IMG/VR virus record: IMGVR_UViG_3300046460_000154
Location: 103-64,102 of that record
Length of the DNA stretch: 64,000 nucleotides
Strand: one strand, 5' to 3'
Origin: a virus
Lineage: Duplodnaviria; Caudoviricetes
The notes beneath the pieces are model-generated. The model had not been told where the DNA came from, ran no database searches, and saw nothing but the letters and a program-made list of their open reading frames with translations. Below are positions 27,747-37,638 of this stretch, in pieces. Numbering within the stretch: the first letter of the stretch is position 1; each line of letters opens with the position of its first letter. A program made the translations under genes and the position numbers.

Positions 27747-29152
27747 TGGATGTTCCTTGTCGTTTCTGAGACGGTGCGATTGACGAGGAAGCAGGAGGCG
27801 ATCTGCCCGGGCTGCTCCCATGCTATTTCGGCCCCGATGGACCGGAATTGCTCTGCCCACCACGCGTGAGGGCGAACGGTGCAATGGAGGCGCTGGTGGA
27901 TGACGTCCCCGAACTTGTCCTGAATGGTGGAGATCTGGAAGAAGACGGAGCCCGCCACGTCCATGATGTTGGCGAGAACCGTGGGGACGTCGTCAGTCGG
28001 AATATGCTCCATGACGTCGGTGCAAAGCCCAAACGGCGCGCGCATCGGCATCGGGCGCGTCAAGTCCCATTCGAGGAAGGGAAGTTCTCTGGCTTCGTCA
28101 TCTCGGCAGTTGTCGGCAAAATCCACGAGGAATACGTCATGGCCAGCCTTGCGCAGCGCCAGCGAGGCCCGGCCGGTGCCGCATCCAAAATCGACGATGA
28201 GCCCTTTGGGCCGCGCTATCTCTAGAAACAACGGAACGATGCCTTCACCGGGCGAGACGTCGCGGTATCCGTCGAATTGCCACATGAGGCGGTATTTGTC
28301 GCGCTCGGTGAGGTTGACAGGCGGCGTGTTGAACATGGCCGGCAGAAGACCGTCACCATGAACCGTGATAGCGCACCCCTCTTGCTTGAGGGCCTGCGCC
28401 GTGATCTGGAACTTTTCAGCCTGCGCCTTCATCGCCACGCTGACGGTGTAGGACTCTCCTGCCCACTCGACTGCAAGCGTCGGAATAAGCTGGTTCATTG
28501 GCTGAGAATAGGCGTGGCTCTCGTTGCCGCGATGCGAAGAGTCGTAACCGAAGCAGTGCAGAGTCCTGAACCCGAGAACATAGGCCAGGCAGAGCGCTGA
28601 GTTGCCGACCGAGGCGCCGCCGCCGACGAGGGCGTAGCCGCCGCGCCATCCGATTTTGTCGGGGAAGAGACCCTCCATATCCTCAATGGCGAGATGCCAG
28701 AGTGTGGGTGGGATTCCCAATGCTGCTATGGCTTCGATCGTCGAATAATCAACCTGTGAAGCGACGAGATGCCGATGCGCCAGCGGATCGACGAGCGAGG
28801 ACGTCTCCGGCTTGGCATCCGCCATGACCTGATAGTCAACGGCTATTCCGTTCTCGCTGAGATATCGTGACGCCGCGTTCATGGCGAAGATAACCGCGCC
28901 GTCTTCTACGAGCGCTCTGATTTCGTCTAGATGCTCCGCCAGCGAGGGGCCGCCACCTACGAGCACCGCCACCTGAGCATGAGGGGCTTCAAACTTGACC
29001 CATCCCAGCGGGAGAGCGGAATTGCGCCGGATGTTGGCATGAAGCTCTTCGTCCGGTGTGTTACAGAGCACGAGCACCGGGATAATGAGCGGCATTTCGG
29101 CATGCGGGTTCTGGATCTGCATCTGGTAGATGTCAGAGGAAGGAGCGGTCAT
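27743..29152 (-). CDS. Maf/MptE-like (DUF115) domain fused to a class I SAM methyltransferase
   Basis: VLVGGGPSL, FAMNAA, GGASVG..LAYVLGF..FGYDSS; C-term VDFGCGTG, CTDVMEHIP. Confidence 0.8.
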   Translation of the reverse strand: MTAPSSDIYQMQIQNPHAEMPLIIPVLVLCNTPDEELHANIRRNSALPLGWVKFEAPHAQVAVLVGGGPSLAEHLDEIRALVEDGAVIFAMNAASRYLSENGIAVDYQVMADAKPETSSLVDPLAHRHLVASQVDYSTIEAIAALGIPPTLWHLAIEDMEGLFPDKIGWRGGYALVGGGASVGNSALCLAYVLGFRTLHCFGYDSSHRGNESHAYSQPMNQLIPTLAVEWAGESYTVSVAMKAQAEKFQITAQALKQEGCAITVHGDGLLPAMFNTPPVNLTERDKYRLMWQFDGYRDVSPGEGIVPLFLEIARPKGLIVDFGCGTGRASLALRKAGHDVFLVDFADNCRDDEARELPFLEWDLTRPMPMRAPFGLCTDVMEHIPTDDVPTVLANIMDVAGSVFFQISTIQDKFGDVIHQRLHCTVRPHAWWAEQFRSIGAEIAWEQPGQIASCFLVNRTVSETTRNIQ

Positions 29153-29169
29153 GCGGTCTCCAAATATGA

Positions 29170-29194
29170 GAGGGGCGATCCGAAGACCGCCCCT
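29170..29194 (-). terminator. hairpin after the capsid/decoration genes
   Basis: AGGGGCG..CGCCCCT inverted repeat; weak T-tail. Confidence 0.45.
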
Positions 29195-29204
29195 ATTGTG
29201 ACGA

Positions 29205-29699
29205 TCAACTGATGTCGGAGGGATCGTGCATGCGATTGATCGCAATCGCGACCGTGGTCACGTTGGACTTGGCAGACGCCACGGTACGAACCACCGCGCC
29301 CTGGATGACCGTGCCAGTAGCGACCGCGACCGCGAGACCTGCCGCAGCACCGAGACCCGCACCGTCTGCGAAGGAGACGGTGTTTGCCTTGGTTGCGACG
29401 GCGAGACCCGAGATCTGATACCAGCCGTACTGATCCACAATGTTGGCCGACATTGCGACAGCCAGCGGGCGGGACGGGCCGGTAACGGCAGACGTATCGA
29501 GCGCGGTCAGAAAGCCATCGTCGTAGTTGACGATACTGCCGACCACAGTCGAGCCGATGCCACGGAGATAGATGAATTCGCCCACTCCGAGGGTCGGGTC
29601 TTTCGCCCGGACGATGAGCCCGAGCGTGTGCTTCTGCGTGGTGGAGGTGTCCCCGATCTGCTGACCGAGGAGAGAGTTTTCAGCGATAGTGAAAGCCAT
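29205..29699 (-). CDS. capsid decoration/cement protein
   Basis: directly after the capsid gene; GEFIYLRG..YGWYQISG. Confidence 0.7.
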   Translation of the reverse strand: MAFTIAENSLLGQQIGDTSTTQKHTLGLIVRAKDPTLGVGEFIYLRGIGSTVVGSIVNYDDGFLTALDTSAVTGPSRPLAVAMSANIVDQYGWYQISGLAVATKANTVSFADGAGLGAAAGLAVAVATGTVIQGAVVRTVASAKSNVTTVAIAINRMHDPSDIS

Positions 29700-29717
29700 G
29701 ATGTTGATCTCCTTCGA

Positions 29718-30719
29718 TCACGGGCTGGAGTCGTAGAGCTTGGCCATGTGGAGGGGATTGTTCATGACCAGATTGCCCATGAGGCCGATGTGCTGGACAA
29801 TGGCATCCTGGTTGATCGGAGCCTGCTTACCGCCGAACTTCGTGAAGTTCCGCTGCTCGTTGTAGCGGTACTTCAGCGACTTGGAGTCGATGAAGTAGGT
29901 GGTGTTCGCAGGCATGGCGGAACCGATGCCGCCCTCCAGAACCACGTCAACGGACTTGCCGGCGCCGTAATACTTGAGGTTGGTGAAGCCCATCTTGCCG
30001 AGATCGTTTTCGTCATTGATGCGCTGGATCGCCACCGTCGCCGCCGTGTAGGCGGTGTAGTGCTCGACGCCGGCCACGATGAGGTTCGGACCCTTCGGAC
30101 CCCTGTTGTGCCTGATCATGATCTGGTCAAACACGCTCTTGACGGTGGTCGATGTAATGCCGGTGATGCCGGAGAACGCCGAATTCACGTCATAGGAGCC
30201 CGTGCGCCACTGGGCGTAATCCACGCGCGAAATGCCGCCGTAGAGCCCGCTGGACGGGGTCGTCGGGATTGCCATCTGAAGCCCGCCGATCTGGTTGGCC
30301 GCCAGGCCATCGGAATGGAGGTCTTCGACGAAGCGATCCTGCAGTTCCTGCTCAGCCGCGTCGATGTGCGTCTCCATGACGTCCATGATCTGGTTGGTGC
30401 CGGAATTCTTCAGGATTTCCTCGCCCGAGAGAGTGACCGAGACGGCCGCCATCTTGGGGAGGAATTCAGCATCGCCGATGAGTTCGGCGGGCTGCGGGTT
30501 GAGGTACTGGTAGCCCGCATAGCGGACATAAGTACCGGATTCGGCGTAGAGAAGTCGCTCGCGGATCGTCGGACCCGAAAAGGACTTCCACTGGCCGTTT
30601 TTCTTCATGGTGTAGAGGATGACGTTCGAATTCGACACAAGGTCGGAATAACCCTGAGACCGATCTTCAAGCGCCAGCGAAAACGCCTCTTGCAGGCGCT
30701 CGTTGCTGTTCAGTGCCAT
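29718..30719 (-). CDS. major capsid protein
   Basis: 333 aa after the scaffold; AAVSVTLSGEEILKNSG; strong AAGGAG RBS. Confidence 0.85.
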   Translation of the reverse strand: MALNSNERLQEAFSLALEDRSQGYSDLVSNSNVILYTMKKNGQWKSFSGPTIRERLLYAESGTYVRYAGYQYLNPQPAELIGDAEFLPKMAAVSVTLSGEEILKNSGTNQIMDVMETHIDAAEQELQDRFVEDLHSDGLAANQIGGLQMAIPTTPSSGLYGGISRVDYAQWRTGSYDVNSAFSGITGITSTTVKSVFDQIMIRHNRGPKGPNLIVAGVEHYTAYTAATVAIQRINDENDLGKMGFTNLKYYGAGKSVDVVLEGGIGSAMPANTTYFIDSKSLKYRYNEQRNFTKFGGKQAPINQDAIVQHIGLMGNLVMNNPLHMAKLYDSSP

Positions 30720-30747
30720 TGCACATGCTCCTTAGAGAAAGGTTTGA

Positions 30748-31848
30748 TCACAGGCCCAGCGAAGCGAAGGATCGCTCGATGGCTTCCCGTGCAGAGGATG
30801 GCGGCTTGCGTGTCACCGGGTCTGAACCGGGCGCTGGCGCACCAGACAGTGAGAGTTGACCTTTGCGCGTCTGAGGAGCTGCGGTCTGCGTTGCTGCCGG
30901 AGCAGCGGGTGGAGGAGCCATGACCGGGGCGGGGTTGAGCCGCTCTGCCAGTTGGTAGGCTTCCTTCAAATCTGAGGTCTTCCCGCTCTTGAAGAAGAAG
31001 ACGATGTCTTCCGCCAGTTCTTCGGCGCGGGGATGAGCCGGGTCGGTCCAGAAGGCTTCGACCTGATCAAGCAGCGCTTTTTCCTGCTGCGATCTGATCG
31101 TCGTGGTGACGCCGCCAACCTGCTTTTTCAGGTCGGCTATTTCGGCCTTCAATTCGTTAACGTAGTTGTCGGCCTGCTTCGAGTTTTCGTCCGCCGGCTG
31201 ACCCATGACGTGCTCGGCGATCTGTCGAAGCGAATAGCCGGAATTGCGGCTGATCTGGTCGAGGCCCTTCAACAGGTCGGTTTCCAGAAGCTTTTCGATG
31301 CCTGTGTAATGGGCGAACACTTCCTGGAACGTCTGGCCATTGGCCTTCAGTTGTTTGTCGAAATCCCGGTACGGCTCGTAGGACTGACGGTATTGCTCGA
31401 TGCCGCCTTCTAGTTCGCGAATGGCGCGCGTCGTCTCGGCTTTGACTGCATCCGGCGCCGTCGCCCACGCTGCCTTCGCATCGGCCGAAAAGCGCGTAGG
31501 AGCCTCACCGAGTGCTGTTGCTGGCTTTGGTGGCTCGGTGGCCGGCTTGACCTCGACTTTCGCCGCAGGGGCCGCCTCTGCCGCCTTTTCGATGGCCTTG
31601 AAGGTGCCATCCGGGTTGCGTTCGCGGCCCGATTGCGCTTCTCCGCCTTCGACGGTCTTTTCACCCTGCTCACCGGCATTCATTTTCTCGAATGCGCGCG
31701 CGATGGCGTCCCGGGACGTTGGGGACGTTCTGGTTTCCGTCGCCGCCGGTGATGGCTGATCGGCTACTTCGGGGCCACCCCCCTGCGAGCCGTTGTCGAT
31801 AGGCATAGGCGCGGCATCCGCCGCAACTGTAATTGCTTCGTCGGTCAT
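30748..31848 (-). CDS. capsid scaffolding protein
   Basis: acidic, Pro/Ala-rich, coiled coil; SRDAIARAF/AREAIERSF terminal motifs. Confidence 0.75.
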   Translation of the reverse strand: MTDEAITVAADAAPMPIDNGSQGGGPEVADQPSPAATETRTSPTSRDAIARAFEKMNAGEQGEKTVEGGEAQSGRERNPDGTFKAIEKAAEAAPAAKVEVKPATEPPKPATALGEAPTRFSADAKAAWATAPDAVKAETTRAIRELEGGIEQYRQSYEPYRDFDKQLKANGQTFQEVFAHYTGIEKLLETDLLKGLDQISRNSGYSLRQIAEHVMGQPADENSKQADNYVNELKAEIADLKKQVGGVTTTIRSQQEKALLDQVEAFWTDPAHPRAEELAEDIVFFFKSGKTSDLKEAYQLAERLNPAPVMAPPPAAPAATQTAAPQTRKGQLSLSGAPAPGSDPVTRKPPSSAREAIERSFASLGL

Positions 31849-31877
31849 GTTTTACCTGTCTGAGAGGTTGCGGAGTG

Positions 31878-32231
31878 TTAGGCGCCCAGTCCCGCTTTGC
31901 TGAAGGCCCTGCCAACGGACGCCTTGATGGCCTTCCGGTCTGGCTTGGGCTTCTTGAACGGTTTGGGGTTCATGATGCTCGGGTCGTTGCCGACTTCGGC
32001 GTATCGAATACCTTCCTTGTTCCCGGAGGGCTTGTAGGTGGCGCGCATCGCAGCCTTGCTGGTGTAATACCGACCGTCCACCATGCTTTGCGTTGGTTCG
32101 ATCGTATCGCCGATCAGCATGGGAGCCGGCAGATCGGACGCGGCATAGTTTCGCTCCGGCATGCAGTTGCCTGGCCAGCGATCGACGTCATGCCAGCAGC
32201 CGCAAACCCGGCAAAGACGTTCACGCGACAC
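31878..32231 (-). CDS. Zn-finger-like phage protein
   Basis: CRVCG..H..C; QSMVDGRYYTSK..EVGN. Confidence 0.7.
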   Translation of the reverse strand: MSRERLCRVCGCWHDVDRWPGNCMPERNYAASDLPAPMLIGDTIEPTQSMVDGRYYTSKAAMRATYKPSGNKEGIRYAEVGNDPSIMNPKPFKKPKPDRKAIKASVGRAFSKAGLGA

Positions 32232-32463
32232 GGCTGGCAATCTCGCCGATGCGGGAAACGAGATCGGCGCCAGACGCCAGGCCATTGCAGGCCTCAACCA
32301 TCTCCGCCTTTATTTCTTCCGTCCACGGAACGCGCTTCAGGCCACGCAGTTTGAATTCCTCATTGGCGACAACTTCGCGCATGCCGGTGCGGTCGTATCC
32401 CGCCGCGTTGTATTTCGGGAGCGGCGCGGTGGTCGCTGGCTTATGAGTGGTTTTCTTCGTCAT
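32221..32463 (-). CDS. hypothetical protein
   Basis: GGAGA RBS; in the head operon. Confidence 0.6.
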   Translation of the reverse strand: MTKKTTHKPATTAPLPKYNAAGYDRTGMREVVANEEFKLRGLKRVPWTEEIKAEMVEACNGLASGADLVSRIGEIASRVA

Positions 32464-32474
32464 GGGTTCTCCGA

Positions 32475-32711
32475 TCAATAGACGGTTACGAGCGTGCCGG
32501 ACCCGGACGTGAAGCCCTTGATCTTGTAGGCGTAGCAAGCGCCGGACAGGACTTCGAGTGCGGTTGACGAGCCGTTCGCCCATGTCACGGTTACCGACCC
32601 GGTCACGTTCGAATGAAAGGCGCGGCACGTGTCGAACAGCGTTGGGGAGGCGGTTCTGGCAACGCCACCCTCAGCTGGAACGATTTGAGATGCTGGGGGA
32701 AGATCAGCCAT
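32475..32711 (-). CDS. head-spike base protein (RcGTA Rcc01079-like)
   Basis: 78-aa beta protein CRAFHSNVTGSVTVTWANG..VLSG. Confidence 0.6.
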   Translation of the reverse strand: MADLPPASQIVPAEGGVARTASPTLFDTCRAFHSNVTGSVTVTWANGSSTALEVLSGACYAYKIKGFTSGSGTLVTVY

Positions 32712-34875
32712 TGTTCATAAACTCCGGTCTTGATTGTGCTGCCTTGGCGCTGGCGGTAATGACTGCCGCGCCGGCCTGCTTGTTGATGCGTTCGATTTCC
32801 GCGTGGATCTTGTCGATTTCCGCTCGGGTCTTCTCAAGATCGGCCGCCGATTGCTGCTGTGCCGCGATGGCCTGTTGCCGCTCGGTTTCGAGCGTGGCGC
32901 GGAGTTCTTCGACCCGCATTCCCATTTCGTTTGCCTGTGTCTCTGCCTTGAGGCGGGCCTCTTCTTGTTTGGCCTGCATTTCCTGCGCTTTGACTTCAGC
33001 ATCCGCCTTTGCCTTCTCGGCGACGGGATCGGCCTTCGGCTCCTGAGTGGCGCCCTTCATCTGCTCAATGAAAGTATCGATCGAAGCTTCCAACTGGCGG
33101 CCGGCGCGGAAAGGCGCGACCGCGAATTTCAGCACCTCGCCCGCGAATTCGGCCGTCTGAGGCTGCTGCTGCACCATGGGCGACAATTGAGCGAGCGCCG
33201 TGCCCATTGCTGTCAGGAACTCCGTGGTGCGCTGCTTGGCCGTGTCCTCGTCGGCCTGGATTGTCGAATCTGTCTCGATGTCCAGAGCAAACGGGCGAAG
33301 GCGCTCGTTCCTGAGAAATTCGAACACCTGCTCCATCGTCACGGTCTGGCTGAGTTCCTGCTTTTGCTGATCTGCCTGAGCGAGCATCTGCTGCGCCATT
33401 TCGGGGTTCTGCTGTGCCTGCTGCATGATCTGCGGATTGGCTTTTGCCTGCGCAATCTGCTGATCAATCTGCATGATCTGCTGCTGCACTTCCGCCTGCG
33501 AAGGGGCGCCTTCATACTGCGAATACACCATCAGCGATTCCGGCGAGAAGTTCTCAGCCATGATCTCGCCAGAGATGCGCGCCACGTCACGAGCGATGCG
33601 GATAAGCTCTTCCTGCCTGTCACGAATGCGGACAGAACCATACTGGCTCTTGAGTTGCTGCGCGCCGAGCGTCTCGTTCGGATCGCTGGCGCCGCGCATA
33701 ATGTCGGACAGGCCCGTGATCTGGTAGACGTCTTCGATCATCTGACGGCGCAGTTCGATCAACGTCTTGATGACGCCCACCACCTGATCGACCGGCATCC
33801 ATATGATTGCGTCTTTGAGGCCGGCCCCAAAAGCCGCCACGCTTGGAACTGGGATTAGGAGCGCGTTGTTGTCGGTCTTCTTGATCGCCGCTTCGATGGC
33901 TGACGCGACGTCTTCCCCGCCGGCCGCATAGAACCCTTTGAGCCTCAATGACTCGGCAAGCGCTGATATGCGAGCCGTGAACTCGTTGATTTCCTCGATC
34001 TGGTCCTTGTAGAAGACAAAATCAGGAACCGGGTTCAGGCTCTCGCGCTCGATCGTGCCATAGGCGGGACGAGGGCACGGGAAGAACTTCTCGATTTTGA
34101 GGAATGGCGGCTGGATATCCAGCACGTCATCCGGGCCTTCCGTGACCCAGACAACGACATTGTCGGTCTTCGACCAGATCTCGATGACGCAAGCCTTCTT
34201 GACCTTCGAATGGGTCTCGCCGCTCTTTTCATCCTTTTTGGTCGAAAACTTGATTTTCGTTGTGTCAACGTTAGGGAAGCGGCGCTTCAGCTTCTCGGAG
34301 GTCAGATAAGTCCTTTTCCCGACCCAGCCGACTTCTTTCCACTTGCGCGCCCATTCATGTAGGAAGTCCTTGCGCGACAAGTGCTCATAGCAAATGCGCT
34401 GATTCCCGCCCTCTTCGTCCTCTTCGAACTTGACCCAGATTTGACCCCGGGCATTTGTCGCCAGGTCGTCACGAACGCCCTTCAGGCTCTCGTGCAGGTC
34501 CTCCATGTCGAACGACGTGTTAAGCGACCGTTCCAGCACTTCGGACCCGTGGCGGATGAGTTCGGCACCCTTGCGCTGGTTCTTGAACCTGCCCTGGACA
34601 ACGGGCACCGGCGGGCGAGCATAAATGGAGGGCTTCAAGACTTCCAGATTGGCCCAGAACATCTGCATTTGCCGTTCGCCGTTGGCACCGCTGAGGCGCT
34701 TCAGGTCGGCATATTGCTTGTCGATGCTATCGCACTTGGTGTTCCACTCGGCAAACGCCTCTACGGATTCCGTCACCTTCTCAAGCCACGGCGCGGCCTT
34801 GCGGAAGTCGGCATACTGATCCGCCGGCGCGCTCGCTTCGGTCGCGAGTCCGGTCTCTGTGGTGTCTGCCATCAA
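32704..34875 (-). CDS. portal protein
   Basis: 723 aa after TerL; QITGLSDIMRG..ETLGAQ; long coiled-coil barrel. Confidence 0.85.
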   Translation of the reverse strand: MMADTTETGLATEASAPADQYADFRKAAPWLEKVTESVEAFAEWNTKCDSIDKQYADLKRLSGANGERQMQMFWANLEVLKPSIYARPPVPVVQGRFKNQRKGAELIRHGSEVLERSLNTSFDMEDLHESLKGVRDDLATNARGQIWVKFEEDEEGGNQRICYEHLSRKDFLHEWARKWKEVGWVGKRTYLTSEKLKRRFPNVDTTKIKFSTKKDEKSGETHSKVKKACVIEIWSKTDNVVVWVTEGPDDVLDIQPPFLKIEKFFPCPRPAYGTIERESLNPVPDFVFYKDQIEEINEFTARISALAESLRLKGFYAAGGEDVASAIEAAIKKTDNNALLIPVPSVAAFGAGLKDAIIWMPVDQVVGVIKTLIELRRQMIEDVYQITGLSDIMRGASDPNETLGAQQLKSQYGSVRIRDRQEELIRIARDVARISGEIMAENFSPESLMVYSQYEGAPSQAEVQQQIMQIDQQIAQAKANPQIMQQAQQNPEMAQQMLAQADQQKQELSQTVTMEQVFEFLRNERLRPFALDIETDSTIQADEDTAKQRTTEFLTAMGTALAQLSPMVQQQPQTAEFAGEVLKFAVAPFRAGRQLEASIDTFIEQMKGATQEPKADPVAEKAKADAEVKAQEMQAKQEEARLKAETQANEMGMRVEELRATLETERQQAIAAQQQSAADLEKTRAEIDKIHAEIERINKQAGAAVITASAKAAQSRPEFMNNG

Positions 34876-36386
34876 AGCTTGATCCGTGTTTTGGTCTCTG
34901 GCTCAGGTGGCCCCGGAAGGAAAACCGTGCCGAGCGGCGGAGGAGCAGGCCGTCTTTCGCGCTCCGGCTTGATCCATGGTCGGGACATGCAGGCGTAGCG
35001 GACTTCGTCGGCCGGATGGTCTTCCATATGTGTATTCAGGTCTTCCGGGCGATCCTCGTCGTGCTGAAGCGCTGGTATCGTGCGAATGGCGTGGACGCAG
35101 GTGCTGAAGAAGAACAACATGGGACGGCCATCGTCGTCGCCATCAAGGCGTCCGCGCATCTGATCCCAGCCACCCATGGCACCGCGAGCCGTGACGCGCT
35201 TGTTATCGGCCGGGCGGAATGTTGAGCCCTTTTGACTTGGCGTGCCCCGCTGCATCATCTCGGCAATCGACGGGCCGCCATCTTGAGCAAATGCGGACGG
35301 GTCCAAGACCCCATAGGCTATCGGGTCCGGGCCATCCATGACACGTACCGTCGCCCCGACCTTGTCGGCTGTCAGTTTGAGGCCTTTGTCAGGCTCGAAG
35401 CGTCCTTCTGCGTCTTCCTTGATACCGTACCATTCTCGATACCGAACGAGCGCGCCGCGCGGGATGACAATACCTGGCCCAGCAATGAAGTCGTCGGATG
35501 CGACCGCATACCAGCCGAATGAAAACGGTTTGGCGCTACCCCAGTCCCCTGCCCTGAACCGCAACCAATGTTGCGGTATCTCAAAGGGCCTTAGAACGTG
35601 ACGATCTGCCCTGAAATTGTCGAAGAATGCGCCATCGACCGTATCCCAGTCACCATCCCTCATCGCCCTGACGAGTGATTCCGAACCAAGGCCCTGCAGT
35701 CGAGCGTCGTAGCCTGGATCGTCAAGCATCATGGTTGGGTTGTCTTCCAACCTGGCAGGAATGAACTGCCGAAGCATGCCTCCTTCTGTGTTCGCTGCCT
35801 TGTAGACCGTCAAAGGCCGGCGACCGTCGATGAACGTCGTCTTGACGAACTGATGGCCAATGCCGCCCGGGTTGGCCCCACTGATGATGCGCGGAAACTT
35901 GCCCTTGTATTTCTCCGGAAGAGTAATGCCGGTCATGCGAACACGATTGCGCAGGAAGCGATAAATCTTGTCCGTGAAGTGGGTCAGCTCATCGACGAGC
36001 AGCAGATGAATTTCCGCGCCCTGATATTTGAAGCGGTCCTTTTCGTCCTTGCAGTGGCAAAGGTAGATTTTCGAGCCGTTCCAGAAGCGGATTTCATCCT
36101 CGACGATGGTAACGAAGCCGCACGCCACCCAACCGGCAAGCATCGCGCGAAAACCCTTCGGCCCTTCCATGTGGTTCTTGATCAAGTCGTCTCGAATGCG
36201 CCGGAACAGGTAGACCTGAAGGCCGGGTATCTCTGAACACCAGATCACCGATGCTGTTCGCATAAGGTGACTCTTGCCGCCGCCGGCTGCGCCACCATAA
36301 AGGATCTCGGTCGCATCGCTCTGGAGCGCCGTCATCTGCTTGGGATGCAGATTGACGTCGATCGTGGCGTCAGCCTGCGTTGCCAT
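34872..36386 (-). CDS. terL: terminase large subunit
   Basis: YGGAAGGGKS Walker A; LLVDE Walker B; GANPGG; GDWG nuclease; DHPADEVRY. Confidence 0.95.
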   Translation of the reverse strand: MATQADATIDVNLHPKQMTALQSDATEILYGGAAGGGKSHLMRTASVIWCSEIPGLQVYLFRRIRDDLIKNHMEGPKGFRAMLAGWVACGFVTIVEDEIRFWNGSKIYLCHCKDEKDRFKYQGAEIHLLLVDELTHFTDKIYRFLRNRVRMTGITLPEKYKGKFPRIISGANPGGIGHQFVKTTFIDGRRPLTVYKAANTEGGMLRQFIPARLEDNPTMMLDDPGYDARLQGLGSESLVRAMRDGDWDTVDGAFFDNFRADRHVLRPFEIPQHWLRFRAGDWGSAKPFSFGWYAVASDDFIAGPGIVIPRGALVRYREWYGIKEDAEGRFEPDKGLKLTADKVGATVRVMDGPDPIAYGVLDPSAFAQDGGPSIAEMMQRGTPSQKGSTFRPADNKRVTARGAMGGWDQMRGRLDGDDDGRPMLFFFSTCVHAIRTIPALQHDEDRPEDLNTHMEDHPADEVRYACMSRPWIKPERERRPAPPPLGTVFLPGPPEPETKTRIKL

Positions 36387-36810
36387 TGAGATTGATCGTT
36401 GGCACTAGCGAGACGGCGCCACTGTGTTCTACATCCTGTTTGTCGCGCCAATCGTCCTTGCGGCGATTCTTCAGCCAGTTGAATGCTGCGCCAGCATCAG
36501 GTGGTACGTGCTCGACCGTATCAGCCCGAACGATGACGCCCTGAAACTGAAAGACCTTCTCGCTTTCGAACGAGTAACCAACAGCGCGATTGTACAGCGC
36601 TCGCTCCACTCGATCGTCAGCCATATCCTTTCCGACCTTGACTGCCTGACAAAATTCCTCGTGTTGGTTCTTCCAACGATAGATCGTGCGGGTGTCAACC
36701 TTGAAGAAATCAGCCAGTTCATAGTCAGTGGCACCGAGCCCGCAAAGCTTTGCTGCTTGTTCGGCATACTCTGGTTTGAAGTCGGTTGGACGTCCTCTGG
36801 TCTTTGTCAT
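36370..36810 (-). CDS. terS: terminase small subunit
   Basis: GRPTDFKPE..HTH..VERALYNRAVG..WLKNR..WRDK. Confidence 0.9.
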   Translation of the reverse strand: MTKTRGRPTDFKPEYAEQAAKLCGLGATDYELADFFKVDTRTIYRWKNQHEEFCQAVKVGKDMADDRVERALYNRAVGYSFESEKVFQFQGVIVRADTVEHVPPDAGAAFNWLKNRRKDDWRDKQDVEHSGAVSLVPTINLNGNAG

Positions 36811-36987
36811 TGTTCCCTCGCCGGTCTGAGCGGCTGCGATGTTGGAAGTTCCCGCCTGCATGGCTTACAACGGTTGGTAATGCCCTTTGGCGCCCCGTTG
36901 CTTTCTGAGAGACGAGCCATGCCTTCGCAGCATCGCGGGTTGGGTGCTGGGTGAGGACGGCGCCTAATGGATTGAATTGAAACGTGA

Positions 36988-37161
36988 CTAGACCGCCAAC
37001 CCCAGCCCGGACTTCTGCAACAGGTAGAGCAGCGCGATAAGGGCGACGATGACCTTGAGGATCATGTTGATGGGATGGGGAAGGCCCATGATGTCGATGA
37101 GCCATACGGCAATGAGGACGACAACCACGAGGATGAGGAGGAGAATCAATAGATCGATCAT
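36988..37161 (-). CDS. small two-TM membrane protein
   Basis: MIDLLILLLILVVVVLIAVWLIDIMGLPHPINMILKVIVALIALLYLL; AAGGA RBS. Confidence 0.65.
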   Translation of the reverse strand: MIDLLILLLILVVVVLIAVWLIDIMGLPHPINMILKVIVALIALLYLLQKSGLGLAV

Positions 37162-37170
37162 GTTCGTTCC

Positions 37171-37431
37171 TTACCTGTCGCACGCCGTCCACATCGTAAA
37201 CCCGCCTGCATACTCCATGCGCCCGTCAGAGCGGATGAGGAAACGCTGGGTGGTCATCTTGAGGATGCAACGGACTTTAGCGTCCTTGGGCTTGCTGAGC
37301 GTCAAGGGAGGCGTTTCAATTGTTGGGTTGGGAGCGGCTGAAACGATGAGCGCTGAAATGGCGAGGACGAAGATGGTCGAAAGCACAATCCAGGTTATCG
37401 TGTTGGGAGGCGAGTTCCACCATTCTTTCAT
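37171..37431 (-). CDS. hypothetical membrane-anchored protein
   Basis: one TM; coupled to the upstream gene. Confidence 0.6.
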   Translation of the reverse strand: MKEWWNSPPNTITWIVLSTIFVLAISALIVSAAPNPTIETPPLTLSKPKDAKVRCILKMTTQRFLIRSDGRMEYAGGFTMWTACDR

Positions 37432-37637
37432 CCCAGCAGCCGCTCCAGTTCCGCTACATCGTCCTCTATGCCAAGCCAGACTTCGCGGGGCGGCTGAACC
37501 GGCTGGGTCATGCCGCTGATATCTCTGGTTTTATCGGCAACTCTGCCCTCGTAACCGGCAGGGTCACCGAATATTGCGACCCCGTCGCCCATGAGATACC
37601 CGAAGACATCCGTGATGGGCTGGGGATCGTGGATCAT
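37428..37637 (-). CDS. hypothetical protein
   Basis: contiguous late-leader ORF. Confidence 0.55.
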   Translation of the reverse strand: MIHDPQPITDVFGYLMGDGVAIFGDPAGYEGRVADKTRDISGMTQPVQPPREVWLGIEDDVAELERLLG

Positions 37638-37638
37638 G

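Noticed and set aside
29226-30923. 565-aa plus-strand ORF and similar long antisense ORFs (e.g. 7909..9126, 32734..33858, 58594..59595, 3444..4340)
   Set aside because: Shadow frames of clear genes on the other strand in GC-rich DNA; no recognisable motifs
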